This document shows, piece by piece, positions 45,186 through 55,144 of a stretch of DNA of 64,000 nt. Below the pieces are notes generated by a model, which saw only the letters and a list, made by a program, of their open reading frames with translations, was not told where the DNA came from and did no database searches. A program made the position numbers and the translations under genes. Numbering within the stretch: position 1 is the stretch's first letter; each line of letters opens with the position of its first letter. The stretch comes from an uncultured Bacteroidota bacterium (GTDB lineage: Bacteria > Bacteroidota > Bacteroidia > NS11-12g > UBA9320), in assembly GCA_913050005.1 (NCBI GenBank), contig CAJXBI010000001.1, forward strand, positions 90,748 to 154,747, written 5' to 3'.

Positions 45186-46747
45186 TGGAATTTTCTAGTG
45201 TTGTAAGAGATAAAACATTTTATAGTAATTCTCTGATTGAGGAGTATTATAACGGAAAAAAACTTAAGTCTTTTCACACTTATTCTCCTGATTTGAATGG
45301 AATTGCAGAGGCTATCAATGGAAAATCTTCCTTTTCACAACAAAAGAGAAATAATTTAGTTCAAGATTTATATCGTCAATACAAGGAAGCAGAGATTGAT
45401 CTTTCTAAATCAAGTCATGTTAAGAAGAATATTGATGAACTGGTAAATTCCAACACATATACAATTACAACTGGGCAACAGATTCATTTAGGGTTGGGTC
45501 CAATTTATATTCTATATAAGATTTTTGATGTGATAGCATTATCAAATCAACTTAAGCGTAAGTTTAATGACAAAAATTTTGTTCCTGTATTTTGGATGGC
45601 AACTGAGGATCACGATTTAGAAGAAATTGCTACAGTATCATATTTTGGAAAACAAATAAAATGGGGTACTAAGCAATCAGGTGCTGTTGGAAGAATGAAT
45701 ACTAATGGTGTTGCCGAGATGTATCAAGATTTGATAGATACTTACAAGATGAGTGACGTTCTTGAGGATTTTTTACAACGTACTGCCCAAATTTATGGAC
45801 AATCTATTAACCTTGCTATTGCCTTCAGAAAATTATTACATGAATATCTGGGCCATACTGGTCTGATTATCTTAGATCCTGATAGTAGAAAGTTAAAATC
45901 AAGCTTTACTTCTGTAATGATTGATGAGTTGAAACACAAAAATAGTCAGGTTTTAAACGAAACATCACAATTACTTAAAATTGAGGGTTTTAAGAACCAA
46001 TTGCGGGTCAAATCATGTAACCTTTTTTTATTACGAAAAAATGACAGAATAAGAATTGACGATATAAAGGACTTCACCAACAAAACGCCTGAGGATTTTA
46101 CAAAGGAGGAATACGCAAATCTTAGTCCGAACGCAGCTTTAAGACCTTTATACCAAGAATGGATCCTTCCCAATGTTGGTGTTATTTTGGGTTCTAGTGA
46201 GCTTAATTATTGGCTTCAGTTAAAAGGGCTTTTTGATGCTTATGATATGCCCATACCGTCAATGATTTTAAGGACCTCGTGTATTTTGATTCCTTCTAAG
46301 TTTCGAGAAAAATATTTTAATAATCGTCTAATAGATTGGTTTAATGACGAGACAGCAATTGCACTTAGCCATGAAAAAAAATTAGCTGATATTAAGGAAT
46401 CACATAAAAAAAATGTTGAGTCAATAAAATCGAGAATACAAGTTTACGATAAAGCAATTTCTGATATATTTAAAGACGTAAATTTGGTTAATAAATGGTC
46501 AAAATTATTAGATAAACTATCTGATATAGAGAAGATTATAGAAACGAAGTGGTCCCAAAAGATTGAGAGTTCTTCTGAATTAAAAAAATTTTTAAAGCTG
46601 AAGAGAGCTTACTTTAACCCTTCACAAATTCAAGAAAGGATTGAATTTATTGGTAGTTTTAATGACATGTCTTTGATAAAGCCAGAAAGAATTTCAAGTC
46701 ATTTTGGATTATATTCCAATAATAAGGTATTGATAATATTTTATTAG
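45185..46747 (+). CDS. bshC: Bacillithiol biosynthesis cysteine-adding enzyme BshC
   Basis: TITTGQQIHLGLGPIYILYKI...FWMATEDHDLEEI signature. GTG start overlapping the rimO stop by 1 nt. Confidence 0.75.
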   Translation: MEFSSVVRDKTFYSNSLIEEYYNGKKLKSFHTYSPDLNGIAEAINGKSSFSQQKRNNLVQDLYRQYKEAEIDLSKSSHVKKNIDELVNSNTYTITTGQQIHLGLGPIYILYKIFDVIALSNQLKRKFNDKNFVPVFWMATEDHDLEEIATVSYFGKQIKWGTKQSGAVGRMNTNGVAEMYQDLIDTYKMSDVLEDFLQRTAQIYGQSINLAIAFRKLLHEYLGHTGLIILDPDSRKLKSSFTSVMIDELKHKNSQVLNETSQLLKIEGFKNQLRVKSCNLFLLRKNDRIRIDDIKDFTNKTPEDFTKEEYANLSPNAALRPLYQEWILPNVGVILGSSELNYWLQLKGLFDAYDMPIPSMILRTSCILIPSKFREKYFNNRLIDWFNDETAIALSHEKKLADIKESHKKNVESIKSRIQVYDKAISDIFKDVNLVNKWSKLLDKLSDIEKIIETKWSQKIESSSELKKFLKLKRAYFNPSQIQERIEFIGSFNDMSLIKPERISSHFGLYSNNKVLIIFY

Positions 46748-46772
46748 TGGATTAACATTCATTTAATTATAT

Positions 46773-46780
46773 TAAATTTG
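46773..46780 (+). promoter_or_regulatory. -7 promoter box TAAATTTG upstream of OmpA-like gene
   Basis: Exact TAnnTTTG, 19 nt upstream of the ATG at 46800. Confidence 0.5.
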
Positions 46781-46799
46781 CATAACATTTAAATATAAA

Positions 46800-48167
46800 A
46801 TGAATTATATAACCAAATCTTTAAAAGCATTAATACTTATTAGTGTTACATTGTTAAGTGTAAATATTCATGCACAAAGCGATTATTTCTCTAAAATTAA
46901 ACCTGCAAAAAAATTATCAGTAGGCTTAAATTTTGGTCTAACAAACTCATACACAGATGCTCCTCAAGACAACTCTAGTAATTCTTTTGGTCTAGGTGTT
47001 AAATATTCAGTATCTCATACTGTAGGAATTAGAGCATCTTTTAATAGTGGTAAAATAGTTGGAAACAGATCTGAAGAATTAGGTGCAGAAGACTTCAGCT
47101 TTGAAAATAGTTTTTCAACAATTGATTTATCAGCAGTTTTCACTTTAGGTAATGTGTCTTTTTTAAGATCTGCTAGAAATCTACAATATTTTGCAACCAT
47201 TGGTTTGGGATCAATGTCCAATGACGCGATAGGTAAATATGACGACCCAAATCTCAATTCAAGCTATGATGAGTCAGTAGTTTTTGTCCCTATAGGTTTT
47301 GGGTTAAAATACAACTTAAACGAAAATTTTGATATTGGTTTAAATACACAATTTAACTTCACATCTAGTGATGATATTGATGCAAATAACTTTAATATAA
47401 TTGCTAATAAATCATCTGATTATTTTAGTCAAACAGGAATTACAGTATCTTATAAATTTGGTACTGACAAATCACAAACTTCACATCTTGATTGGATAAA
47501 CCCTGTTGAATCAATTTATAATGATATTGATTCGATAAATAAAAGTCTTAAAACTTTAATGGCTGATACAGATGGAGACGGTGTTGGAGATTATTTCGAT
47601 AAAGATAACGAAACTCCTGATGGTGTAAAAACCTATGGTGATGGAACTGCTGTCGACACAGATGGCGATGGTGTTCCAGATAGTAAAGATAAAGAAGTTT
47701 TTTCTATGGTTACTGATGTAGATGCTGATGGAGTAGCTAAGGACGATGATGGAGACGGAATACCTAATGCTATTGATGCTGAGCCTAACAGCCCTGCAGG
47801 TGCGATGGTTGATTCTAAAGGAAAAGCTTTCGAAATTAAAGAATATTCAGCTTACAATTGTGATAACGTAACACTTCCAACTATTATGTTTGATAATGGA
47901 AGCTCCAAAATTTCCTCATCTTCATTCGCTGCATTGTATACACTTGCTGAAAAGATGAGAATGTGTCCATCATTAAACGTAACAGCTACTGGATACACTA
48001 GAAGTAAAAGTGGTGAAAGACTCGCGTGGAAAAGAGCTAATTCTATTATCGATCATTTAGAGGCTAATTATGGTATTGAAAGAGGTAGAGTCTCTGTAGA
48101 TTATACTGCTGACAATGACGTAGATTATGCTTCTAAAAGAATTGATTTCTCCAAATCTGGGAAATAA
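46800..48167 (+). CDS. OmpA-family outer-membrane protein (N-terminal beta-barrel, thrombospondin type-3 repeats, C-terminal OmpA domain)
   Basis: Signal peptide, DTDGDGVxD repeats, and an OmpA-like C-terminus (RAWKRANSIIDHL). Confidence 0.8.
   Translation: MNYITKSLKALILISVTLLSVNIHAQSDYFSKIKPAKKLSVGLNFGLTNSYTDAPQDNSSNSFGLGVKYSVSHTVGIRASFNSGKIVGNRSEELGAEDFSFENSFSTIDLSAVFTLGNVSFLRSARNLQYFATIGLGSMSNDAIGKYDDPNLNSSYDESVVFVPIGFGLKYNLNENFDIGLNTQFNFTSSDDIDANNFNIIANKSSDYFSQTGITVSYKFGTDKSQTSHLDWINPVESIYNDIDSINKSLKTLMADTDGDGVGDYFDKDNETPDGVKTYGDGTAVDTDGDGVPDSKDKEVFSMVTDVDADGVAKDDDGDGIPNAIDAEPNSPAGAMVDSKGKAFEIKEYSAYNCDNVTLPTIMFDNGSSKISSSSFAALYTLAEKMRMCPSLNVTATGYTRSKSGERLAWKRANSIIDHLEANYGIERGRVSVDYTADNDVDYASKRIDFSKSGK
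47565..47789 (+). repeat. Coding thrombospondin type-3-like Ca-binding repeats (DxDxDGxxD) inside the OmpA-like gene
   Basis: DTDGDGVGDYFD, DTDGDGVPDSKD, DVDADGVAKD and DDGDGIPNAID are read in frame. Confidence 0.75.
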
Positions 48168-48190
48168 TTTTTAAAAGAAATTCAATATTT

Positions 48191-48225
48191 AAAGGCTTCG
48201 ATTTTTTCGGAGCCTTTTTTATTTT
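48191..48225 (+). terminator. Rho-independent terminator after OmpA-like gene
   Basis: 10-bp stem AAAGGCTTCG/CGGAGCCTTT (one G-U pair), followed by a T-run. Confidence 0.75.
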
Positions 48226-48244
48226 GTATCATTGTGTCTAAATC

Positions 48245-48811
48245 ATGAAAAAAATTTTAACCTTAGTTTTCTTATTTATTGGATTATTTGTTTCTGGACA
48301 GAATAAAAATCAATTTGATTTAATTCTAGATTTAACAGAACTCAAAGAACAGTCAAGCTATCAGTTAATGTATAAAAGATTGACAAATAACTCAGTAGTT
48401 CTGAGAAGTGGACTATCCTTATTCATTGACACAGATAAAGAGACAAGAAGCGATACACTTTTCTCGGAAAGTGGTTTAGTAGTATATAATCTATCTATAG
48501 GTTTTCATAAAGAATTAAAGCTTGAAGGTTTCGATTTGATTAAACTTTATGCCGGTATTGACGGATATTGGAATTCTACTTTAAACCAAAAATCTTATGA
48601 AACCTATTATGGATATTACTGGAATGTTGGACTTAAACCACTGGTAGGGTTGTACTACGATCCAATTAAAAACATCCGTTTATCGGTGGAATCAAGATCA
48701 AATTTCAATTTAAATTTTCAACAATATTCTGCTCCTGGAGAAAATATTGATAGGCGAGTTAATTTCAGGCCAATCGATCAAATAGCTGTAGGGATTGGAT
48801 ATCTGTTTTAG
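48245..48811 (+). CDS. Small predicted outer-membrane beta-barrel protein (hypothetical)
   Basis: Signal peptide, alternating hydrophobic pattern, and a C-terminal aromatic signature GIGYLF. Confidence 0.5.
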   Translation: MKKILTLVFLFIGLFVSGQNKNQFDLILDLTELKEQSSYQLMYKRLTNNSVVLRSGLSLFIDTDKETRSDTLFSESGLVVYNLSIGFHKELKLEGFDLIKLYAGIDGYWNSTLNQKSYETYYGYYWNVGLKPLVGLYYDPIKNIRLSVESRSNFNLNFQQYSAPGENIDRRVNFRPIDQIAVGIGYLF

Positions 48812-49557
48812 AGACTATTTCCAATAGCAACAAAGCTTTCTGCGTTCAATGAAGCACCCCCAATTAATCCTCCATCGATATCTGGACATGTGAATAATTC
48901 TTTTGCGTTAGAAGGCTTAACACTGCCACCATACAAAATTGAGATGTTGTCAGCTACCATATCGCTATATTGTTTAGCAATAGTTTTACGAATGAAGTTA
49001 TGAACTTCTTGAGCTTGTTGAGGAGAGGCAGTTTCACCTGTTCCAATCGCCCATACTGGTTCGTAAGCTACAATACAATTAAGAAGTTCCATTTCATTTA
49101 ATTGAAATATCCCTTGCTCAATTTGATTACTTATGGTTCTAAAGTGTTCCCCCTCTTGGCGTTGAGCTAATGTTTCTCCACAACAATAAATTGGTCGTAA
49201 ACCATGTTTAATTACATTATTTACTTTAAAGGATAGCGATAAGCTATCTTCCATAAAATATTCTCTTCGTTCACTGTGACCTATTAAGACATATTCTACC
49301 CCAACACTTTTAAGCATACCAACAGACAGTTCCCCAGTATATGCACCAGAATCTTGTTGATGGCAATTTTGAGCAGCTAGTGCAATTGGTGTGTGCGATA
49401 GCATTTGATTGAAACTATTTAAGTGAATAGCTGGAGGTGCTATAATAGTTATTGTGTCTTTGTTTACATTAGAATCTAAAATTTCTGATAATAATGCTTT
49501 ACCTTGGATTAGATCCAAGTTCATTTTCCAGTTCCCAGCTAAAATTTTATGTCTCAT
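48808..49557 (-). CDS. tpiA: Triosephosphate isomerase
   Basis: AGNWKMN, IGHSERR and AYEPVWAIGTG motifs. Confidence 0.95.
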   Translation of the reverse strand: MRHKILAGNWKMNLDLIQGKALLSEILDSNVNKDTITIIAPPAIHLNSFNQMLSHTPIALAAQNCHQQDSGAYTGELSVGMLKSVGVEYVLIGHSERREYFMEDSLSLSFKVNNVIKHGLRPIYCCGETLAQRQEGEHFRTISNQIEQGIFQLNEMELLNCIVAYEPVWAIGTGETASPQQAQEVHNFIRKTIAKQYSDMVADNISILYGGSVKPSNAKELFTCPDIDGGLIGGASLNAESFVAIGNSL

Positions 49558-50753
49558 TTTAAATTAATTTTTTCCCAGAATCTGTATTCTGATGTGTTTT
49601 CAAAAATGGAGTTTAATATTTTTTGAGCAAATTCTGTTAGTTCCTGACTTCGTCTTTCCATTACCTTTTTTGCAGTTTGAAAAGCTTTATTTGTTTGATA
49701 TGTTGCAAAACCTGATGAACCTCCCCAAGTAAATGAAGGAATAAAATTTCTTGGAAAATTTCCGCCAAAAATATTAGCTGATACACCTACTACTGTCCCG
49801 GTATTAAACATGGTATTGATACCACATTTACTATGGTCACCCATAACTAAACCACAAAATTGCAAACCAGTGTCTAAAAAACGTTTTTTTGAATAATCCC
49901 ATAATTTAACATTAGCGTAGTTATTTTTTAGATTAGAGCTATTGGTGCCTGCACCCAAATTACACCATTCACCAATTACAGAGTTCCCAATAAAACCATC
50001 ATGTCCCTTATTACTATTTTTATAAAAAATGGAATTACTAACTTCGCCTCCAACTTTACATTGTGGCCCTATGGTGGTATTGCCATATATTTTAGCTCCC
50101 ATTTTAATAGTTGCATTTTCACCAAGTGAAAAAGGCCCTCTAATTAAGCTACCCTCCATAACTGTACTATTTTTACCTAAGTATATTGGTCCGTTTTCAG
50201 TATTAAATATAACAGCCTCTGCACGAACTCCCTCTTCAATAAAAATAGAATTACCTATATGTGTATTTGAGGATGATAGTTGATGACTTTCTCTATATTT
50301 GGTTAGAATGTCAAAATCTGACTTAATCTCCTCTCCATTTTTAGAGAATATATCATAAGTATAATTTAACTGAGAACAAGATATTTCTTTTCTTAATATT
50401 GAATTTGAATAATTATTAATCTCTTCATAACTGGTTAAATGTTTAATAGTTTTGAAAGCAATTATGGTATCTTCACTTGCAAGCAGTTCATTGTCAGAAA
50501 GAAGATTGATTTGTGAAACTAAATCAATATCAGGCAATACCCTTCCATTGATGTATAAATTTTCATCTTGATGAATTATTCCATATTTTTCAGATAGGTA
50601 GTCTTGAGTAATATATGATGTACTGGCAGTTAAGTTTTTGGCCCATTTTTCTGCCAAAGTAAGTATTCCAACTCTTAACTCTGCACAAGGTCTTGTGAAA
50701 GTTAATGGGAGTAGGTTTACTCTTTTATCATCGTCGAATAGTATGATGTTCAT
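49554..50753 (-). CDS. GlmU-like putative sugar nucleotidyltransferase with left-handed beta-helix C-domain
   Basis: N-terminal nucleotidyltransferase-like region plus hexapeptide repeats. ATGA overlap with tpiA. Confidence 0.6.
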   Translation of the reverse strand: MNIILFDDDKRVNLLPLTFTRPCAELRVGILTLAEKWAKNLTASTSYITQDYLSEKYGIIHQDENLYINGRVLPDIDLVSQINLLSDNELLASEDTIIAFKTIKHLTSYEEINNYSNSILRKEISCSQLNYTYDIFSKNGEEIKSDFDILTKYRESHQLSSSNTHIGNSIFIEEGVRAEAVIFNTENGPIYLGKNSTVMEGSLIRGPFSLGENATIKMGAKIYGNTTIGPQCKVGGEVSNSIFYKNSNKGHDGFIGNSVIGEWCNLGAGTNSSNLKNNYANVKLWDYSKKRFLDTGLQFCGLVMGDHSKCGINTMFNTGTVVGVSANIFGGNFPRNFIPSFTWGGSSGFATYQTNKAFQTAKKVMERRSQELTEFAQKILNSIFENTSEYRFWEKINLK

Positions 50754-50784
50754 AAAAAAAGGCTCTCCAAATATAGAAAGCCTT
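50754..50784 (-). terminator. Rho-independent terminator after rpmE, abutting the next start codon
   Basis: Minus-strand stem AAGGCTTTC/GAGAGCCTT (1 mismatch), then T7 running directly into the ATG at 50753. Confidence 0.6.
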
Positions 50785-50803
50785 GATGATATTGTTGTTA
50801 TGC

Positions 50804-51055
50804 CTATTTCTTTTTGGCGTAACGTTTGTTAAATTTATCAATTCTACCAGCAGTATCCACGAAATTTGTCTTCCCTGTATAGAATGGGTGAGAAGCACTA
50901 GAAATTTCTAATTTATACACGGGGTACTCATTTCCATCTTCGTAAGTGATTGTTTCTTTAGTTTCAACACAAGATTTTGTTAAAAATTGATATCCGTTTG
51001 ACATATCCTTAAACACAACTAGTCTATAGTTATCTGGGTGTATTTCGCTTTTCAT
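50804..51055 (-). CDS. rpmE: 50S ribosomal protein L31, type B (no CxxC zinc motif)
   Basis: [17 protein letters not shown]...HPFYTGK. Confidence 0.9.
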   Translation of the reverse strand: MKSEIHPDNYRLVVFKDMSNGYQFLTKSCVETKETITYEDGNEYPVYKLEISSASHPFYTGKTNFVDTAGRIDKFNKRYAKKK

Positions 51056-51135
51056 TTTGTTAAAATCTTAATGGTTATGTTGATATTAAGTTAATCTTAG
51101 TATAACTTAATTCGAATTTTACTTTTAAAGGACTG

Positions 51136-51143
51136 CAAATTTA
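51136..51143 (-). promoter_or_regulatory. -7 promoter box TAAATTTG upstream of rpmE, within inverted repeat GCAAATT-N6-AATTTGC
   Basis: Exact TAnnTTTG, 80 nt upstream of the rpmE ATG. 7-bp inverted arms at 51135-51141 and 51148-51154. Confidence 0.4.
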
Positions 51144-51150
51144 ATATAAT

Positions 51151-53013
51151 TTGCAATCTATTCAAGTGGATTTGAGGATAAAAAATATTATCAAGGCTTT
51201 ATCTTTTCTTTTTTGTTTAGTTATTCCATTTTGGATTAGCCGTTTTTGGCTATTATTTTCACAACCTGACCTGATTATCACTGATACGTTTAATTATCTT
51301 TTTTATTTAATTCGATTTGATTTTAAAACACTTTCAATCTGGTATGCTCCCTTATTTATATGTCTTGGCGTTGGACTATTTATCCAGAAGAAATGGTGGT
51401 ATTCTCTGACTAAATCCATTTTTGCCTTGCTATTTTTTGGTGCCATAGTTTTTAATTTAATAGCGATTTTATATCTGCCAAACAGTAAAACTATTGTGGG
51501 CAGAGAATTATTTCAGCTTTTGTCTGGACAGAGTTTTGAGGTCATTACTGGTTATATTCAAGAGTATTGGTATGTTATTATTTTAGTTCTTGGGATAAAT
51601 GCGTTAATCACTAAATTTTTTGGTAGATTAAGATTAAATACATCAAGAAAAAATAGTTTTATTCTTGGTACTTTTACATTGTTTGGTATTGCTTTTTTTG
51701 CTCGCGGTGGAGTAGCACTTAAACCACTAAACTCCATGGATGCTTTTGCAAAATTGACCAACAATGAGGTTACAACCGCAATTACACCTTTGTATATATT
51801 ATTAGAATCATATGGTAAACAAGGTATCAATTATGTGGCATATTTTACAGATGACATACTTCAAGAATCACTGTTAGATGATAAAAAGAGTTATGGCATT
51901 TTAAGAGAAGATAAGCCTAACATTTGCCTTATTTTATTGGAGAGCTTTGGAAAAGAATACACCAAACTAAATGTAAGTAATAGGTCAAGCTATACTCCTT
52001 TTTTAGATAGTCTGATGGAGCATTCAGTTAACTTTACCAATGCTTATGCTAATGGTCTTCGCTCCATTGATGCTGTTGCCTCATGCATAGCTGGTGTTCC
52101 ATGTCTGACTAAACAACCCTTCATTGGTTCTTTTTATTCTCAATCGAATATCAACACTCTACCTGAAATTTTGAAAAAAGAGGGGTATGTTACTTCTTTT
52201 TTTCATGGTGCTGATGAATTATCGATGGGATTTAAACCATATCTTCAATCTCAAGGTATTGATCATTATTTTGCAAAGCAAGATTATCCCAATAGTGTCA
52301 ATTTTGACGGTACTTGGGGTATTTACGATGAGCCTTTTCTAGCATATTGCAGTTCCAAATTATCCTCGCAAAAGCAACCTTGGTTTTCAGGTATTTTTAC
52401 CTTGAGTAGTCATCATCCTTATAAAATTCCTGAGGCATATACTTATCTTCCCAAGGGGACAAATGAAATTCATCAATCAATAAGATACACTGACCTAGCT
52501 CTTCGAAATTTTTTTAAGTCCATCCAATCTAAAAGCTGGTTTGATAATACAGTTTTTATTATAACAGCTGATCATTCTTCAATTAACGAAACACCTGCTT
52601 ACCGATCATATCTTGGAAAATACGCTGTTCCTCTTTTAATCTTCGCACCAAATTGGTTTGATAAACGCGAAGAAAATCGAATTGTTCAACATATTGATAT
52701 TTACTCAACCATACGACATCTTACAACTAGTGACAGTTTTGTTTCTTTTGGAAATAGTCTAGTGGATGATTCAGTTTCTGAAGGGGTAGCACTTTATGAT
52801 GGTAATATTTATACCTACTCAAATGACTCACTTACTATTGAATGGTATGGTGACAAGCATACTCGTATATTTAATTATAGGTCAGATCCTGTTTATTCAA
52901 ATGAGTTATCTGCAAACCTTTCTGTTGAAGCAGAAATGATGTTGCAAAAATTGAAATTGTATATTCAGAAGTACAACTATAGATTGTTAAATAATAATTT
53001 TAACAATCAGTAA
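51151..53013 (+). CDS. LTA synthase / sulfatase-family (alkaline phosphatase superfamily) membrane protein
   Basis: N-terminal multi-TM region plus a sulfatase-like domain (ILLESFG, ITADHS). The start is uncertain (TTG 51151, GTG 51166 or TTG 51172). Confidence 0.7.
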   Translation: MQSIQVDLRIKNIIKALSFLFCLVIPFWISRFWLLFSQPDLIITDTFNYLFYLIRFDFKTLSIWYAPLFICLGVGLFIQKKWWYSLTKSIFALLFFGAIVFNLIAILYLPNSKTIVGRELFQLLSGQSFEVITGYIQEYWYVIILVLGINALITKFFGRLRLNTSRKNSFILGTFTLFGIAFFARGGVALKPLNSMDAFAKLTNNEVTTAITPLYILLESYGKQGINYVAYFTDDILQESLLDDKKSYGILREDKPNICLILLESFGKEYTKLNVSNRSSYTPFLDSLMEHSVNFTNAYANGLRSIDAVASCIAGVPCLTKQPFIGSFYSQSNINTLPEILKKEGYVTSFFHGADELSMGFKPYLQSQGIDHYFAKQDYPNSVNFDGTWGIYDEPFLAYCSSKLSSQKQPWFSGIFTLSSHHPYKIPEAYTYLPKGTNEIHQSIRYTDLALRNFFKSIQSKSWFDNTVFIITADHSSINETPAYRSYLGKYAVPLLIFAPNWFDKREENRIVQHIDIYSTIRHLTTSDSFVSFGNSLVDDSVSEGVALYDGNIYTYSNDSLTIEWYGDKHTRIFNYRSDPVYSNELSANLSVEAEMMLQKLKLYIQKYNYRLLNNNFNNQ

Positions 53014-53015
53014 CT

Positions 53016-53023
53016 TACCTTTG
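53016..53023 (+). promoter_or_regulatory. -7 promoter box TACCTTTG upstream of hisS
   Basis: Exact TAnnTTTG, 5 nt from the ATG at 53029. Confidence 0.45.
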
Positions 53024-53028
53024 TTCTT

Positions 53029-54402
53029 ATGCAAAAACCTTCTAATCCACAAGGTACTAGAGATTTTGGACCAGAAGTCATGAGAAAACGCAATATTATC
53101 TTGGATACCATTCAGGTGGTGTTCAAAAAATATGCTTTTGAGCCCCTTGAAACACCTGCCATCGAAAATCTAAGTATGCTCACAGGGAAATATGGTGATG
53201 AGGGTGATAAGCTGTTATATAAAATCAGAAGTAATCGAGAGATTGTTCATGAAATTGGTGATGAAAAGGCTCAAAAAATCACTGAACTATTCCCAGACCG
53301 ATGGATTCCTGGAAAATCAAAGCTTGGTCTTCGATACGATTTGACTGTTCCATTTGCACGATTTGTAGCTCAGCATAGAAATGAAATTTCGTTTCCTTTT
53401 AGAAGATATCAGATTCAACCTGTTTGGCGGGCAGATCGACCTCAAAAAGGAAGATTTAGAGAATTTACACAATGTGATGCAGATTGTATAGGCAGTTCTT
53501 CCTTGATTCATGAGGCTGACTTAATTCACATTTATGATGAAGTTTTTAATAAACTTGGTTTTAGTAAAGCCGTTGTTAAATTAAACCACAGAAAATTTTT
53601 GGAGGCTATGGTTGACGAACTCTCACTTGATTTTCCAGTATCTCGATTTACATCCACACTTGATAAATTAGATAAAATTGGTAAAGATGGCGTAATTATT
53701 GAATTGATTAATGCAGGTGTTTCTGAAATTAAATGCAAGAAGCTTTTTGAGTTGATTACCATTTCTGATTTCAATGAAACTATATTAGATAAACTGACTT
53801 CTTCTTTTAATCATAATGCTTTAGCAATGTCGGCTATTGGAGATTTAAGAAAACTTGTTAGGTTTCTTGGTAACTTATCACGGTCAATTAAATTAGAACT
53901 TGATTTAAGTCTTGCACGAGGATTAGATTATTACACAGGATGTATTTTTGAAGCTGTTATTCCTGAAAGTGGGATTGGTAGCATATCAGGAGGGGGAAGA
54001 TATGACAACCTTACTGATATTTTTGGGCTAAAAGATGTCTCAGGAGTTGGGATTAGTTTTGGAGTAGATCGTATCTATGAGATACTTGATTCACAAAACT
54101 TATGGCCTAATGTTAATTCACATAATCAATCTGTTTTGATTTGTCATTTCGACCAAGAAACCCAAGAATTTGGTGTTCGATTAGCTCAAAAATTAAGACA
54201 ATCAGAAATTTCAGTTCTGGTTTTCCCTGATAAGAAAAGAATTAATAAACAATTGGATTTTGCCAATAATAAAAGCTTTAGCCATGCTATTGTAATTGGA
54301 CAAGACGAGATGGAGTCAGGAATTCTAACCCTTAAAGACTTGTTCTCTGGGGATCAGATGAAATTAAGTATAGAAGATTGTATATCCCGACTTAAGCTGT
54401 GA
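53029..54402 (+). CDS. hisS: Histidine--tRNA ligase
   Basis: Class II aaRS motifs (RYDLTVPFAR, FRRYQIQPVWRADRPQKGRFREFTQCD, GGGRYD). Confidence 0.9.
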   Translation: MQKPSNPQGTRDFGPEVMRKRNIILDTIQVVFKKYAFEPLETPAIENLSMLTGKYGDEGDKLLYKIRSNREIVHEIGDEKAQKITELFPDRWIPGKSKLGLRYDLTVPFARFVAQHRNEISFPFRRYQIQPVWRADRPQKGRFREFTQCDADCIGSSSLIHEADLIHIYDEVFNKLGFSKAVVKLNHRKFLEAMVDELSLDFPVSRFTSTLDKLDKIGKDGVIIELINAGVSEIKCKKLFELITISDFNETILDKLTSSFNHNALAMSAIGDLRKLVRFLGNLSRSIKLELDLSLARGLDYYTGCIFEAVIPESGIGSISGGGRYDNLTDIFGLKDVSGVGISFGVDRIYEILDSQNLWPNVNSHNQSVLICHFDQETQEFGVRLAQKLRQSEISVLVFPDKKRINKQLDFANNKSFSHAIVIGQDEMESGILTLKDLFSGDQMKLSIEDCISRLKL

Positions 54403-55127
54403 GAAGATTCAATTTTAAGGATCAAATAGTATTTGAGAATACGAATTACTTGGCTATCAACAAACCACCTGGAGTAAGTAGTTTGCATGAACGTATTGGT
54501 CTTGCAAATTCTATTTTCGAACAAGCAAAAAAATATAATAATCACTTGCAATTATGTCATCGTTTAGACAAAGAAACTAGTGGTGTTTTACTCTTATCAA
54601 AACATGCTGATGCATATTCATACGCAGCACAAGCTTTTGAAAAAAGGACGATTAAGAAAACCTATCATGCTATTTCACATGGTAATCATTCCTTTGATGA
54701 ATTTAAGGTAGACCTTCCTTTAGTGACTACTCGAAGTGGGAGGAGTGCAGTTAATAAGCAAAAGGGTAAACCCAGTCAAACTAAATTTACTAGTCTTGAA
54801 AATTTTGTTCACTTTACACTCATTTCATGTAGTCCTGTATCTGGCAGACAACATCAGATCCGAATACATTTAGCTTCACAAAATGCTCCTATAGTTGCTG
54901 ATAAAATTTATGGAGGTGAGTTGCCTTTTCTTTCTGATTTTAAGAAAAAATTTAATTTGAAAAAAGGGAGTGAGGAACAACCCATGATAAACAGATTTGC
55001 TTTGCATGCACATGCATTAAACTTTCAGGATATCAACGGCAAAACTTTGAACATTGTGGCAGATTACCCTAAAGATTTTAATGTGTTCCTTTCACAATTA
55101 AAGAAGTTTGATTTAACAAATTATTGA
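54399..55127 (+). CDS. RluA-family pseudouridine synthase
   Basis: HRLDKETSGVLLL catalytic motif. GTG start overlapping the hisS stop. Confidence 0.8.
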   Translation: MRRFNFKDQIVFENTNYLAINKPPGVSSLHERIGLANSIFEQAKKYNNHLQLCHRLDKETSGVLLLSKHADAYSYAAQAFEKRTIKKTYHAISHGNHSFDEFKVDLPLVTTRSGRSAVNKQKGKPSQTKFTSLENFVHFTLISCSPVSGRQHQIRIHLASQNAPIVADKIYGGELPFLSDFKKKFNLKKGSEEQPMINRFALHAHALNFQDINGKTLNIVADYPKDFNVFLSQLKKFDLTNY

Positions 55128-55144
55128 TTTGTAAAATGTTATTT

